A DNA stretch of 64,000 nucleotides from an uncultured Microbacterium sp. (lineage in GTDB: Bacteria > Actinomycetota > Actinomycetes > Actinomycetales > Microbacteriaceae). The stretch's first letter is position 1. Each line of letters opens with the position of its first letter. The stretch is taken from assembly GCA_964496445.1 (NCBI GenBank), contig CAZBZR010000006.1:25740-89739 (forward strand). The letters are read 5' to 3'. The notes under the pieces were generated by a model that was not told the origin of the DNA, made no database searches, and worked only from the letters and a program-made list of their open reading frames with translations. Shown piece after piece: positions 29,115-40,900 of the stretch. The translations under genes and the position numbers were made by a program.

Positions 29115-29942
29115 TCAGGCCCGCGCCCGCGCTCGGGGCAGGGTGTCGCCCTCGATCTCGTCGAACGAGGTGGTCGGGATGGTCTCGGAGCGGTCGCGTA
29201 CGCCGCGGATGCGCACGGCCAGCGCATCCACGACGACGACCGTGACGTTGTCGCGCCCGCCGGCGGCGACCGCCTCGCGCACCAGCCGGTCGGCGGCGGC
29301 CTGCGGATGCCGTTCGCCCCGGAGGATCGCGTCGATCCGGTCGTGGCCGAGCTCCGTCGGCAGCCCGTCCGAGCAGATGAGGAGGCGGTCTCCCTCCTCC
29401 GCCGGCAGGAGCCAGAAGTCCGCCTCGCTGTCGCTGCCGGCGCCGATCGCCCGGGTGATGACGTTGCGCCGCGCATCCTGGGCGGCCGAGGCGGCATCGA
29501 GCTCCCCGGCGTCGATGAGCTCCTGGACGACGGAGTGGTCGACGCTGATCTGCTCGAGCACGCCCTCGCTGAGGCGATACGTGCGCGAGTCGCCGAGGTT
29601 GAGTGCCAGCCAGTAGCCCTCCCCCTCGATGTCGGCGATGCTGACCCCGGCCAGCGTCGTCCCCGCGCCGGCGCCGCCGCCGTCGGGGAGGCCGTCCACG
29701 CGGGAGCGGGCGCGACGCAGCGCGGTCTGCACCTCGTCGATGGTCAGGCTCACCCGCCCCGTGAGCTGGGAGAACTCCTCGATCACGGTGGCGCTGGCGA
29801 TCTCTCCCGCCTGATGTCCGCCCCTGCCGTCGGCGACGAGGAACAGCGGCGGGGCGGCGAGACAGGCGTCCTCGTTCAGCGAGCGGCGCCGGCCGACGTC
29901 GGTGGCGGCTCCCCAGGACACGGTGACGGGCGGCTCGCTCAC
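29115..29942 (-). CDS. PP2C/PPM Ser/Thr phosphatase
   Basis: RRSLNED, VADGRGGH, GTT, NLGDSR, ITRAIG, CSDGL, GGRDNVT. Confidence 0.93.
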   Translation of the reverse strand: MSEPPVTVSWGAATDVGRRRSLNEDACLAAPPLFLVADGRGGHQAGEIASATVIEEFSQLTGRVSLTIDEVQTALRRARSRVDGLPDGGGAGAGTTLAGVSIADIEGEGYWLALNLGDSRTYRLSEGVLEQISVDHSVVQELIDAGELDAASAAQDARRNVITRAIGAGSDSEADFWLLPAEEGDRLLICSDGLPTELGHDRIDAILRGERHPQAAADRLVREAVAAGGRDNVTVVVVDALAVRIRGVRDRSETIPTTSFDEIEGDTLPRARARA

Positions 29943-30262
29943 GGCGCCTCGCTCACCGTGGCGCGGCGGTCGCCGAGTTCGAGCACATCGCCGGAGCGCA
30001 CGGGCACGCGCTCTCCGGGCCGCACCGGCAGGCGGTGTCCGTCGCGCAGCACCGTGGTGCCGTTGCGCGACCACCGGTCGGTCAGCCACGCGCCGCGTTC
30101 GTCCCCGCCCACTTCGAAGTGGGTCTTGGACAGCGACAGCGTCTCATCGCGCACGACCACCGTCGCGCACGGACCGCCGAAGGGATCACGACCGAACACG
30201 GTGCGACCGTACACCGCAACCTGCTCTCCGGTGTCCCACGTGAGCACGGCGACCGGGGTCAT
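29939..30262 (-). CDS. Small stand-alone FHA-domain protein
   Basis: FGRDP, SLSKTH, DRWSRNGT, LELGD; overlaps both neighbours by 4 nt. Confidence 0.88.
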   Translation of the reverse strand: MTPVAVLTWDTGEQVAVYGRTVFGRDPFGGPCATVVVRDETLSLSKTHFEVGGDERGAWLTDRWSRNGTTVLRDGHRLPVRPGERVPVRSGDVLELGDRRATVSEAP

Positions 30263-32670
30263 GTCGTTCCTCCGTCGCGTCGAGGGCGGCGCGGGCGCGC
30301 ACCCAGGAGCGCCGCGCGCTCCCGGAGCCCGGGGCCGGTGCGGGCCGGCCGGGGAGGCCGCGTCCGGCGCCGCTCAGGCAGAGCGAAGCGGGTGCCGGCC
30401 AGGAGCGAGCGGAGGTTCAGGCGCGCGCCGAGCCGCCGCCAGAACCCCGCGCGGGCTCCCATCCCGCCGACGATCCCGTCGACCTCCGCCCAGAACGCCT
30501 CGACGTCGGCGGGGGTGGGATCGCCCGGCCCGAACACCTCGGCATCCGCGCGGCGCGCCAGGGTGGCCACCTGCGGCTCCTCGAACGCCTCGCGCACGAC
30601 GACGGCGTCCTCGGCGCGCGTGCGCCCGCGCCGGATCGGCGTGCCGTAGTCGCTGGCGCGGTCGATCAGCTCGTCCCACCCGCCGCTGATCCGGTCGGCG
30701 GGGCGCTCGGCGCCGCGGCGACGCCGGCGACGCGCGGCCTTGAGGGCGCCGATGACCACGAACGGCCCGAGGAGGACCGCGAGGACGCCCATGACGGCGC
30801 CGAGGACGAGCGCGATGATGCCGAGGATCCCCGCCAGGGGATTGTCCTCGTCCTCCGCGCCCCGCTCGTCGGGGACGGTGGGCGGCAGATCCACCGGCTC
30901 CTGCTCCGGCGGCGGGGGCTGGAGCACTTGCGGCTTGGGGTCGGCGCGCGGCTTGGTGGTCTGGTCGGTCGGCACCTGGTCCTCGGGCGGGGTGGGGTCG
31001 AAGGCGACCCATCCCGACTCCGAGAAGGCCACCTCCACCCACGCGTGCAGGTTCTCCCCGGTCGCCGCGAACGGCCCCGCCGGGGCGTCCTCATCGGGAT
31101 AGAACCCCATCACCACGCGCGCCGGGATTCCCAGCTGTCCTGCCAGCAGCGCCATCGCGACGGCATACTGCTCGTCGTCGCCGACCCACTGGTCACCGCC
31201 CAGCAGGGTCGAGATCCGCTCGGCGCCGTGGCCCGCGCGCGAGAGCACCTGCCCCTCGAGGCCATGGCTGAAGAAGCCGTCCTGTGAGAGCGTCCGCTCC
31301 AGTGCCCGCACCTGTTCGATGGGGGTCGCCGCATCCGCGACGATCTCGGCGGCGATCTCGGCGAATTCGACCGGGACGCCCTGCTGCTTCGGCATCCGCA
31401 GCGGTGCGAAGGTCTCGTCGGCGAGCCGCTCGTCGCTGGGTTCGTCGGGCAGGAGCGTGCGGAACGTGTAGGCGTCGCCCTGCGCCAGGCGTGCCGTGAC
31501 CACGCCGGTGCCGGTCGCCTCGTTGTAGTACGCCGCCCGTCGCAGCTCCTCGGCGCGGGGGCCCGAGAAGTCGATCGACTGCACCGCGCCGGCATCGGGG
31601 AGCCACACGCCGCGCAGCTCCCCGATCTCGATCCGGATGGTGGCCGGGTCGCCCTCGGCGTCCGCCGACATGGTGCTGCGCACCGGGGTGAAGGCGCTGG
31701 AGGCGCCGGCGCCGTCGTCGGAGACGTTGTAGACCATGCCGGTGTACGCGTCCATCGTGGCCACGCGGATGCGTGCCCCCTCGGGCAGTCCCTCGGCGGT
31801 GAACAGCGCATCTTCGGGGTAGTCGCGCACGTAGCCGCGGAACGACTGCAGCGGGCTCGGATACTGGCGCACGTCGAACGGCGGGATGATGACGTCCCGG
31901 AGCACGTAGCGCGGCCCGGCGGGGGCGGCCGCACTGGTGACCAACCCGGCCCCCACGGCCACCGCCAGGACCGCCACCGCGCCCAGGAGTCGACGCAGCG
32001 CCATGCCGCGCGGCTCTCCGCCCTCGCCGACGGCGACGGCCGCGCGCGCAGGCTGCCATGCCTGGCGCAGCGCGAGCCACGCGACGGCCACGACGGCGAA
32101 GAGAACCCCCTGCACCAGCGGGGCGGCGGGCTCGGAGGTTCCCAGCGCGATCTGCGCCGCGAGGACGACCGCTGCCGGCAGCAGCGCCCACGCCGGCGGG
32201 TGCACCCGCAGCGCGAGGCTCGCGGTCAGGACGCCGCCCACGAGCAATAGGAGGAAGGGCACGAGCAGATGGCTGTCGCCGGTGCCGACGGGGGCGACCG
32301 TGGTCAACAGCTCCTTCCACGAGGTCACCACGCCCACGGCGAGCGCGCGCAGCGACGGCCCGGAGGGGATCACTCCGGCAAGCCCCAGGTGCGGGAGGGC
32401 GAGGGCCGTGCCGAAGAGCACGTACGCGCCGACCGTGAGACCGGCGACCGGGAGGATCCCCCAGCGCAGCGCCGTCGCCGCCGCCGCGATGCCGACGCCG
32501 AGCACGAGGGCGCCGACGGCGGCGGGCAGATATCCGGGGCCGCCGAAGGTGGGCCAGAACCCCACCACGGCGACCGTCAGCAGCAGGGCGCTCGCCACGG
32601 TGTCCAGCACCCAGCGGCGCAGCTCCAGACCGCGCCACGATCGGGTCGCGAGGCCGTCGGCGCCGCTCAT
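30259..32670 (-). CDS. Membrane protein with a transglutaminase-like domain
   Basis: Multiple N-terminal TM helices; GDDEQYA..LGIPARVVMGF..LHAWVEV..FDPTP. Confidence 0.88.
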   Translation of the reverse strand: MSGADGLATRSWRGLELRRWVLDTVASALLLTVAVVGFWPTFGGPGYLPAAVGALVLGVGIAAAATALRWGILPVAGLTVGAYVLFGTALALPHLGLAGVIPSGPSLRALAVGVVTSWKELLTTVAPVGTGDSHLLVPFLLLLVGGVLTASLALRVHPPAWALLPAAVVLAAQIALGTSEPAAPLVQGVLFAVVAVAWLALRQAWQPARAAVAVGEGGEPRGMALRRLLGAVAVLAVAVGAGLVTSAAAPAGPRYVLRDVIIPPFDVRQYPSPLQSFRGYVRDYPEDALFTAEGLPEGARIRVATMDAYTGMVYNVSDDGAGASSAFTPVRSTMSADAEGDPATIRIEIGELRGVWLPDAGAVQSIDFSGPRAEELRRAAYYNEATGTGVVTARLAQGDAYTFRTLLPDEPSDERLADETFAPLRMPKQQGVPVEFAEIAAEIVADAATPIEQVRALERTLSQDGFFSHGLEGQVLSRAGHGAERISTLLGGDQWVGDDEQYAVAMALLAGQLGIPARVVMGFYPDEDAPAGPFAATGENLHAWVEVAFSESGWVAFDPTPPEDQVPTDQTTKPRADPKPQVLQPPPPEQEPVDLPPTVPDERGAEDEDNPLAGILGIIALVLGAVMGVLAVLLGPFVVIGALKAARRRRRRGAERPADRISGGWDELIDRASDYGTPIRRGRTRAEDAVVVREAFEEPQVATLARRADAEVFGPGDPTPADVEAFWAEVDGIVGGMGARAGFWRRLGARLNLRSLLAGTRFALPERRRTRPPRPARTGPGLRERAALLGARPRRPRRDGGTT

Positions 32671-33929
32671 GCCAGCACCCGCCGCAGCGCGCTGGGGAGC
32701 GCGTCCAGCGTCCCGATCGTGAGGACGTCGGCGTCGGCGATGCGGCGCAGGCTCGGGGCGTCCGCCGAGGTGTCGGCGACGACGGCGAGGACGCGGGCGC
32801 CGAAGGGCACGCGCCCGCAGGCCACGCGCAGGCGCGCCGCATCCACCGTGCTGCCGCACACCAGCACGACGACGCTGGCCAGCACCATGCCCGCGGCGAT
32901 CTGACCGGCGAGGTCGACGATGTCGCCCTCGCGGCCGCGTCCCACCTCCAGGCCGGACAGCGAGTCGAGGAACTGCTTGCCGGTGCCGGCGGGCAGCTCG
33001 GCCCCCTGCACCCGCATCTGCACCCGCTGCGAGTCGCGGAGGGCGCGCAGCCCCAGCGAGCCCGCGGCCGAGATGGCCAGCTCGAACTCATCCGGATCGG
33101 CGTAATCGCCCGGATGCCGCGACAGCCCGATGACGAAGTGGGAGCGGCGGGTCTCCTCGTACTGCCGCACCATGAGCTTCCCGGTGCGGGCCGTGGACCG
33201 CCAGTGGACGTTGCGCCGGTCATCTCCCGGCTGGTACTCGCGGAGGGCGTGGAAGGAGATGTCGTCTCGGGAGAGGTCGCTGGCGGCGAGGCCTTCCAGG
33301 TCGCGGAGGAATCCCAGCGACTGCCCGTCGAAGCGCACCGTGCGGGGGTGCACGTACAGGTCGACCGGCTCGTCGCGACGGTGGACCCGCTCGAACACCC
33401 CGAGGGGGTCGCCGCGCACGACGCTGACCGGCCCCACCGCGAGGATCGCGCGCCGCTGGGTGGGGATCGCGAACAGCTCCTCGGCCTCCTCGCCCGGGGC
33501 GAGGCGCTTGACGGCGAACTCGCCGCGCCCGGCGCCCACCGGCAGCACGACCCGCGAGGGCAGGATGGCCCGCGCGCCGGTGTTGGCGAGCGTCAGCGCG
33601 CCGACCGCCCGCTCCCCCACCACGACGCGGGTGCGGGTGAGATCCAGCCCCACGGCGTAATTCGTCCGGCCGATGAGGAACAGCGCGCACAGCGCCAGGA
33701 CGAACGCGAGGATGAGCGCCGCCACGACGAGCTCACGCCAGCCCAGGAGCGCCCCGGTGAGCCACAGCACGACCGTCGCCACCGCCAGGAGCCACCCCAG
33801 CGGCCGCACGACGCCGAAGACCTCCCGCGCGCCGCGCAGGACGCGCGCTGCGAGCGGGGCGGCGACCTCGCTCAGCGCGGAGCGCGTGCTCGCGGCGGGG
33901 ACGGTGGTCCCGAGCGTCTCCCCGGTCAT
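32667..33929 (-). CDS. DUF58 (VWA-like) protein
   Basis: DPLG, VHPR, LREYQPGDDRRNVHWRSTARTG.LMVRQYE. Confidence 0.92.
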   Translation of the reverse strand: MTGETLGTTVPAASTRSALSEVAAPLAARVLRGAREVFGVVRPLGWLLAVATVVLWLTGALLGWRELVVAALILAFVLALCALFLIGRTNYAVGLDLTRTRVVVGERAVGALTLANTGARAILPSRVVLPVGAGRGEFAVKRLAPGEEAEELFAIPTQRRAILAVGPVSVVRGDPLGVFERVHRRDEPVDLYVHPRTVRFDGQSLGFLRDLEGLAASDLSRDDISFHALREYQPGDDRRNVHWRSTARTGKLMVRQYEETRRSHFVIGLSRHPGDYADPDEFELAISAAGSLGLRALRDSQRVQMRVQGAELPAGTGKQFLDSLSGLEVGRGREGDIVDLAGQIAAGMVLASVVVLVCGSTVDAARLRVACGRVPFGARVLAVVADTSADAPSLRRIADADVLTIGTLDALPSALRRVLA

Positions 33930-34900
33930 CAGGCGGCGGACCTCGCCTGGGGTGCGGCCACCGCCTCGATCGTGCGGGCGATGACGGCGTCGGCGTCGAT
34001 GCCGCTGAACTCGGCCTCGGGGTCGAGCACGAGGCGGTGCGTCCACACCGGCGCGACGAGCTCCTTGACGTCGTCGGGGATGACGTAGTGCCGCCCCTGC
34101 GAGGCGGCGCGCACCTTCGCGATGCGGATCATCGCGAGCGACCCGCGCACCGACACACCCAGACGCGTCGCCGCGTCGGTGCGGGTGGCCTCCGCGAGCT
34201 CGGCGGTGTAGCGCAGCACGGCGGGCTCCACATGCACGGTGGCGGCGAGGTCGGCCATGTCGGCGACGGCGGTGGTCGTGATGAGCGCCGGCAGGCTCGC
34301 CGAGGGATTGCGTTCGGCGGCTCCGGCGAGGATCCGCTCGGCCACCTCAAGGTCGGGGTAGCCGATGGAGGTCTTCACCAGGAAGCGGTCCAGCTGCGCC
34401 TCGGGGAGCTTGTAGGTTCCCGCCTGCTCGATCGGGTTCTGGGTGGCGAGCACGAGGAAGGGCCGGCCCACCTCGTGCGCGACGCCGTCGACGGTGACCC
34501 GTGACTCCTCCATGACCTCCAGCAGCGCCGACTGCGTCTTCGGCGACGCGCGGTTGATCTCGTCGGCGAGCACGATCGAGGCGAACACGGGTCCGCGGTG
34601 GAACTCGAACCGATGGGAGTCCTGGTCGTAGATCGTGACGCCGGTCACATCCGAGGGGAGGAGGTCGGGGGTGAACTGGATGCGGGTGCTCGTGCCCTGC
34701 ACGGTGGCGGCGAGCGCCTTGGCGAGGCTCGTCTTGCCCGTTCCGGGGGCGTCCTCCAGGAGCACGTGGCCCTCGGCGAGCATCGCCGACAGCACGAGTC
34801 CCACCACCTCGCGCTTGCCGAGGACCGCGCGGTCGACGTTGTCGACGAGACGCGTGAAGGTGGTCTCGAACCAGGCGGCCTGATCGGGTGTCATGGTCAT
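33929..34900 (-). CDS. MoxR-family AAA+ ATPase
   Basis: EDAPGTGKT, RIQFTPDLLPSD, ADEINRA, ATQNPIE.GTY.LPEAQLDRF. Confidence 0.96.
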   Translation of the reverse strand: MTMTPDQAAWFETTFTRLVDNVDRAVLGKREVVGLVLSAMLAEGHVLLEDAPGTGKTSLAKALAATVQGTSTRIQFTPDLLPSDVTGVTIYDQDSHRFEFHRGPVFASIVLADEINRASPKTQSALLEVMEESRVTVDGVAHEVGRPFLVLATQNPIEQAGTYKLPEAQLDRFLVKTSIGYPDLEVAERILAGAAERNPSASLPALITTTAVADMADLAATVHVEPAVLRYTAELAEATRTDAATRLGVSVRGSLAMIRIAKVRAASQGRHYVIPDDVKELVAPVWTHRLVLDPEAEFSGIDADAVIARTIEAVAAPQARSAA

Positions 34901-34918
34901 CTCGTCATCCTCATCGTC

Positions 34919-37900
34919 CTAGCGCCACGTGTATCTCTCGGAGTTGCCCCAGCCGTCGATGCGCACCCACACCTCGGTGTTGGGGTGGCCGTAGAAGCAG
35001 CCGAGCTGGATCGAGCCGTTGCGCGGCACGTTCCACGTGCGCCCGCCGCCGGCGAACTCACCGCGGGTGTTGCTGACGCACACGACGTTGTAGCTGCCGG
35101 CGGGGAAGTCGCTGGTGTTCAGCACGAAGTAGGCGCACGACGCCGACGAGCAGTCGGAGTTGTTGACGGAGCTGCCCTTGGTCACCCACGCGCGCGGCTG
35201 CGGCGGATCCGACGTGCGTGCCGCGGCACTCGCGGTCGAGGTCTGCCCCGCGGCGTCCGTGGCCCGCACGTCGATCGTGTGGCGCTCGGCGTGACCGAAG
35301 TCGCGCGTGCGCGATCCGTTGGCGCCGACGGCATCCCACGCGCCGCCGTCGATGCGGATCTCCATCTTCGTGATGTTGCGGCCGTTGGCGGCCGGCGCCG
35401 ACCACGAGAACGTGATCTGCGTCCCGCTGGCCGACGCGCTCGCGCCGGGGTTGCGGATGGGGCCGTAGGGCACCTGCGCGGCGGTCGTGTTGGAGGCCGG
35501 CCCGGCGTAGGTCGTGCCGTCCTGCGTGGTGACGGCGCGCAGCGTCACGGTGTAGCCGTTGCCGTTGGCGATGCCGTTGGTGATGCGCGAGCCGTCCCAA
35601 TCGCTGCGCCAGCCGCCGCCGTTGAGCGAGTACTCGTAGCGGATCGCGCCCGGGTCGGCGCCGTTGGTCGCCGCCGGCTGGTAGGCGACGTGGATGCTGT
35701 TGTCCGGCGACGGCGTGGACGCACTCACGCCCTGCGGGGCTCCCGGCGGCGTGAACGCGCGACGCGGCGCCGACGGCGGGCTGTCCGGACCCCAGCCGGC
35801 CTTGTTGCGCGCGGCGATCGTGAACGTGTAGTCGGTGCGGTCCGGCGGCACCTGCACGGCCTGCGAGGTCGCACCGGCCGACGGGTAGAGCGTGTTCACG
35901 ACCGCGCCGCCGCGCAGCACCGTGAGGCGGTACTGGGCGATCGCATCGCCGTTGGGGTTGGGCGCTGCCCACGTCACCTGCATCTGGGCCTGCGATCCGA
36001 CGGGCTCCAGCCGCGCCGTGGTGGGGGCGGCCGGGGCGGTCGGCGGGCCGGCGGGGATCTCGCTGGCGGAGTACCCGCTCCAGCTGGAGGGCTCGGGGGC
36101 GCGGTTGTGCGCCTGCACGCGCACCTGGTACGCGGTGCCGTTCTCCAGGCCGTCCCACACCAGGGCGTTGCCGGTGACCCCGGTCTTCTGCGTGATGCCG
36201 GAGGGCGGGGCGGGCGAGATCTCCAGGGTGAAGGATTCCACCGGGGAGCCGGGCGTCGACGGCGTGGTCCACGCGACGTTCAGCGAGCGGTCGCCGAAGC
36301 GCAGGGTCGGCGGGGCGGGCGTGTCGGGGCGCGCGTCGGGGCGGGCCGTCTCGGACGGGGCCGACGGATCCGACTCGCCCACGCGGTTGGTCGCGGTGAC
36401 GACGAAGTTGTACTCGACGTTGTTGGTGAGACCGTCCAGCGTGCATGTCGTCGAGGCGCACTGCTTGGTGTAGCCGCCCGCGAGCGAGGTCACGGTGTAA
36501 CCGGTGATCGGGGCGCCGTTGTTCGGCGGCGGGGTCCAGGACAGCACGACCGTCCGGTCCTGGACGCTCGAGACCGTCGGCACGCCCGGAGCATCCGGCT
36601 TGCCCTGCACGGTGAGACGGATCCGCCCCTCCACCTCGCGGTCGACGTCGCCGGTGGCGTCCTGGATGCGGTAGCGCACGACCATCGTGCCGAAGAAGCG
36701 GGCCGACGGGGTCACCGAGACCTGGTCGCCGCTGACCTCCGCGAGTCCGTCGCCGGTCTCGGTGGATGCGGCCACGACCTCCAGCGGCCGGTCGGGGAAG
36801 GGGTTGAAGTCGTTGGCGAGCACCGGCACCGAGATCGTCCTGCCCTGATCGGCCTCGGCGATGATGTCGTCGTTCGCGGTGGGCAACGGCCGCGTGGACG
36901 CCGTGACGCGCACCGTGATGGTGCCCTCGACCGGGTCGGTCTCGCCGTCGTCGATGCGGATGTCGATCTCGGCGGTGGTGCCCTTGCGCACATCGGCGTC
37001 GGCGCTGACCTGCAGGGTCTGGCCGTCGATCGTCGCGCGCATGCCCGCGGGCGATCCGCCCACGATCGCGTACCGCATGCCGTCGAGGTCGCCCTCGTCG
37101 GGGTCGGTGGTCAGCGCGGCGAGGTCGAGGGACGTGGCATCCTCGCCCGGGGCGACGTCCATCCGACCGTTGACGAACGTCGGCTGCTGGTTGTCCGGCG
37201 GCAGCACCGTGACCGGCAGCGTCAGCGTCGCCTTGCGCCCCTCCGGGTCGTCGGGCCCGTCGCCGTCGGTCACCTCGAAGGTGATCGCGTCCTGGCCGAA
37301 GTAGCCGTCGGCGGAGGTGTAGACGAGGGTGCGCTGGTCTTCCACCAGCGAGGCGCCGTCGTTGTGCGCGGCGACGACCTTGGCCGCCTCGGTGATCACG
37401 ACGTCGCGGCCGCCGGCGGCGCGGACATGCTCGTCCAGCGGGATGCGGATCGTCTCGCCGCTCTGCACCTCCACGCCGTCGGAGTCGAGCACCGGGGGCA
37501 GATCGCCCAGGGCCGGCACGAACAGGAACGCGGAGGCGGTGAGCTCGTCGCGATCGGTGATCGTGTACGTGATCAGCTGCGCCTCCTCCGTCAGCGGAAG
37601 GCGGACCACGCCGTCGCCGAGGACGCGCGCGCCGGCCGCGTCGACGGAGAGCTCGAGCGCCTCGACCGTGCCGTCGGGGTCTTCGTCGTTGACGAGGAGA
37701 TCGAGGTCGACGTAGCCCTCCTCCTCGACATCGGTCGGACGCACGCGGTCGTCGCGGGCGATCGGGCGCTGCAGGGGCACGTCCTCGGCCACCGTGACCT
37801 GCAGCACCGCCCGCGCCTCGGCGCCCCGCGCGTCGCGGATCGTGTACTGCAGGCTCGTCTCCACCGGCTGGCCGGGCGAGGTGACCACGACGCGGTCGCC

Positions 37901-40900
37901 GACGACGCGGGCCTCCAGGCCCGCGACCTCCGGGAGGATGAGCCCCTCGGCGAGGAGCGTGATCGCGTCGCCCTCGGGGTCGGAGTCGTTCGCGAGCACC
38001 GGGACGGCCACCTCGCGGCCCGGGCGCATCACGACGGCGTCCTTCACCGCGTATGGTGCCTGGTTGGCCGCCTCGGCGGGAGCGATCCCCACCCGGACGG
38101 CAGCCGTGGCCTCGGCCCCCTGCCGGTCCCGCACGCGGTAGGTGAACGCGTCGGGCCCGGTGACGTCGCCGAACGCCACGTAGGTGAGGTGGTTCGCACC
38201 GACCTCGCTGACGCGGCCCTTCTGCGGCGCGGAGTCGATGCCGAGGAGTTCGACGGAGTCGCCGTCGGGGTCGAGCCCGTCGAGGGGGATGGGGATGCGC
38301 ACCTCGGTGCCGGCGAGCGTGCGCGCGGTGAGGTCGCGGGGGCGCGGGGCCTGGTTCGTGGACTCGTCGACGGGGAGCACCTGGATGGTGATGTAGCCGG
38401 CGTCCTTCTGGCCGCTGGTGTCCATGACCTCGTACGTGGCGTAGACCGTCCCCGGCTCGCTGCCGGCGCGGAAGCGCACGGTGTCCTGGGAGATGAAGAT
38501 CTGCCCGTCCTCCGCCGCGGGGAGGGGCTCCACGAGATCGGGCGCGAGGGTGAGGGCGTCGTCGTTGGGGTGATAGTCGTTGTCGAGGACCGGGATCGTC
38601 ACGACGTCGCCGGCGCGCACCACGGCCTGGTCGTCGTTGGCCACCGGCGGGCGCAGCTGGTCGGGCGGGGGCACCGGGATCACCACGACCTCGCCCTCGG
38701 CCGTCTGCTGGCCGTTGGAGATCCGGTAGGTGATGCGGGTCTGCTCGCGCAGCGCCGCCTGATCGGTGATGCGCAGGGTCTCGTGCCCGAGCACGGCCAC
38801 CGACACCCCGCTGGCAGGATCGACCGTCACCGACTGCACGACGAGGATGCCGCCGGAGGGGTCGGCGTCGTTGGCGAGCACGTTCACCAGCACGTCGGCA
38901 CCGCTGGGCAGGAGCGCGACATCCCGCACCGCCACCGGCGGCAGGTCGGTGTCGGCGTCGGGGAGGACGTCGATGCGCACGAGGCCCGGTACCGCGTTGG
39001 GGCCGGCCGCCACGAGGTACTGCGCGTAGAAGACGCCCGGAGTACCCGAGCGGAAGGTGAAGGTCTTGTTGGGGTAGTCGGGCACGATGTCGGCACCGGG
39101 CACCTGGTCCACACGGGTCAGCCGCAGGGCCTCGCGGCCCGAGCTGGTGTCGTTGGACAGCGGCGCGACGGTCGCCGTCTGCCCGGCGCGCACCACCACG
39201 TGGTCGGCGTTGGTGACCGGCACCGTCGAGCCCTGCGGGCGCACGTCGAAGCGGATGATGCCCTCGGCGATGTCGCTGCCGTCGGAGACGATGATCGGCA
39301 CCTCTTTGCGGCCCTGCGTGCCGCCGATCGCGCGGTAGGTGATGCGGCCGTCAGAGGTGAAGTCGGCTTCGTCGCCGGCAGCGGGGACCACCGAGGACAG
39401 GAAGATCTCGTCGCCGTCGGGGTCGATCCAGTCCGGCAGCACGTTGTAGGTGATGGCGCTGCCCGCTTCCACGATGACCGTCGTGATGCGCTTGGGGGCG
39501 GGGATCGCGTTGACGTCCCACGGCCGGACCGTGAGCCGCACGGTGGCGGTGTCGGTGCCGCCGCGACCGTCGTCGACCTCGTAGCGGAAGGAGTCGGTCC
39601 CGGAGGCGCTCTCGGGGACGGCGATCTGCAGGGCGGAGCCGTTGTTGATCGGCTGCACCTCGCCGAGGCCGGGGTTGCCGTCCGGAAGCGTCACGGTCAG
39701 CACGTCGCCGTCGGCGTCGGTGTCGTTGTCGAGCACGGGGAGGACGACCGTGCGGCCCGGGCGCACCCCGAACTCGTCGTCGGTCGCGATGGGCGGGGTG
39801 TTGACCTCGGTGCGCTCGGGGAGGGTGGTCTCCACCGTCTCCTCCGTGGTCTCCTCATCCTCCTCGGCCTCGCCCTCGGGCGGGATGATGTCGTCCCAGT
39901 TGTCCACGCGCTGCAGGGCGTCGGTGGCCATCCACGCCGCTCCGCCGACGACATCGTTGAGCACCACGACGTCACGGTTCTGCCGGAAGCGCAGCTCCGC
40001 GGTCGGCTCGAGGTCGTCGACCTGGGTCGTGAGGTCGTTGGCGTCTCCCGAGCAGTCGCGGACGAAGGCACCGCTGCCGCTCCACGCCGCATACGTGCAG
40101 CCGGCCAGGAACACCGGAGCGGCCGGGGCTCCCTCGCCGGCGCCGGAGGAGGTGGCCACCGGCGCCGAGCCGTCGAAGGGCACGCGGACGACGTCGGATG
40201 AGGTGGCGAGGACGACGGCGTCACCGGTGGCGGACGGCTGCTGGAGCACCGCATCCGCCGCGTCCTCCACCTCCGCCCGCAGGCCGCCGGTGGTCTGCAC
40301 GGTGCCGGTCTCGGCGTCGAGCACCGCCGCGGTGGTCCCGACGACGGTCACCGACAGTTCGGAGCCGGCATCCACGCCGTCCAGTCCGCGCCGCGCCGGT
40401 TCGGACGCCTCCCCGTCGTCGCCGATCTCGATCGTGAGGATCTCGCCGGTCTCGGCCGACACCGCGTGCACGGTGCCGTCGCGACCGACGGCGACGTCGG
40501 CACCCGGGCCGAGCTCGGCGGTGGGGTCGGTGCCCTCGACCGTGAAGCCGGAGACGGCCCGCGCGGGCAGCACCCACAGGGCGCCGGATGCGGGGTCCAG
40601 GACCGCCATCGTGGGGCCGCCGACGACGACCTTCCCGCCCGGCGGGATGTCGGCCGCATCCGTGAGCATGACCATCGCGGGATCGACCGCGGTGACCGTC
40701 GACTCCGTCTCGTCGACGACGAGGACGGTCGCGCCCTCCTGGACGATGTCGTACGCGTCACTGGCGGCGCGCAGTCCGCTGTCGAGCACGCGCGACTCGT
40801 GGTTGAAGTGCCCGACGAGGACGCTGGAGCTCTTGGTGATCCACACGCCGCCGTCGTGGAGGTCGACCTCGGTCGTGGGGAAGCCCTGGTACGCCACGGC

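Noticed and set aside
34598-40201. 1867-aa plus-strand ORF, and similar long antisense ORFs (e.g. 53074-56403, 46462-48741, 27954-30689)
   Set aside because: Shadow frames opposite well-supported genes; low-information Arg/Gly/Ala/Val composition and no motifs.
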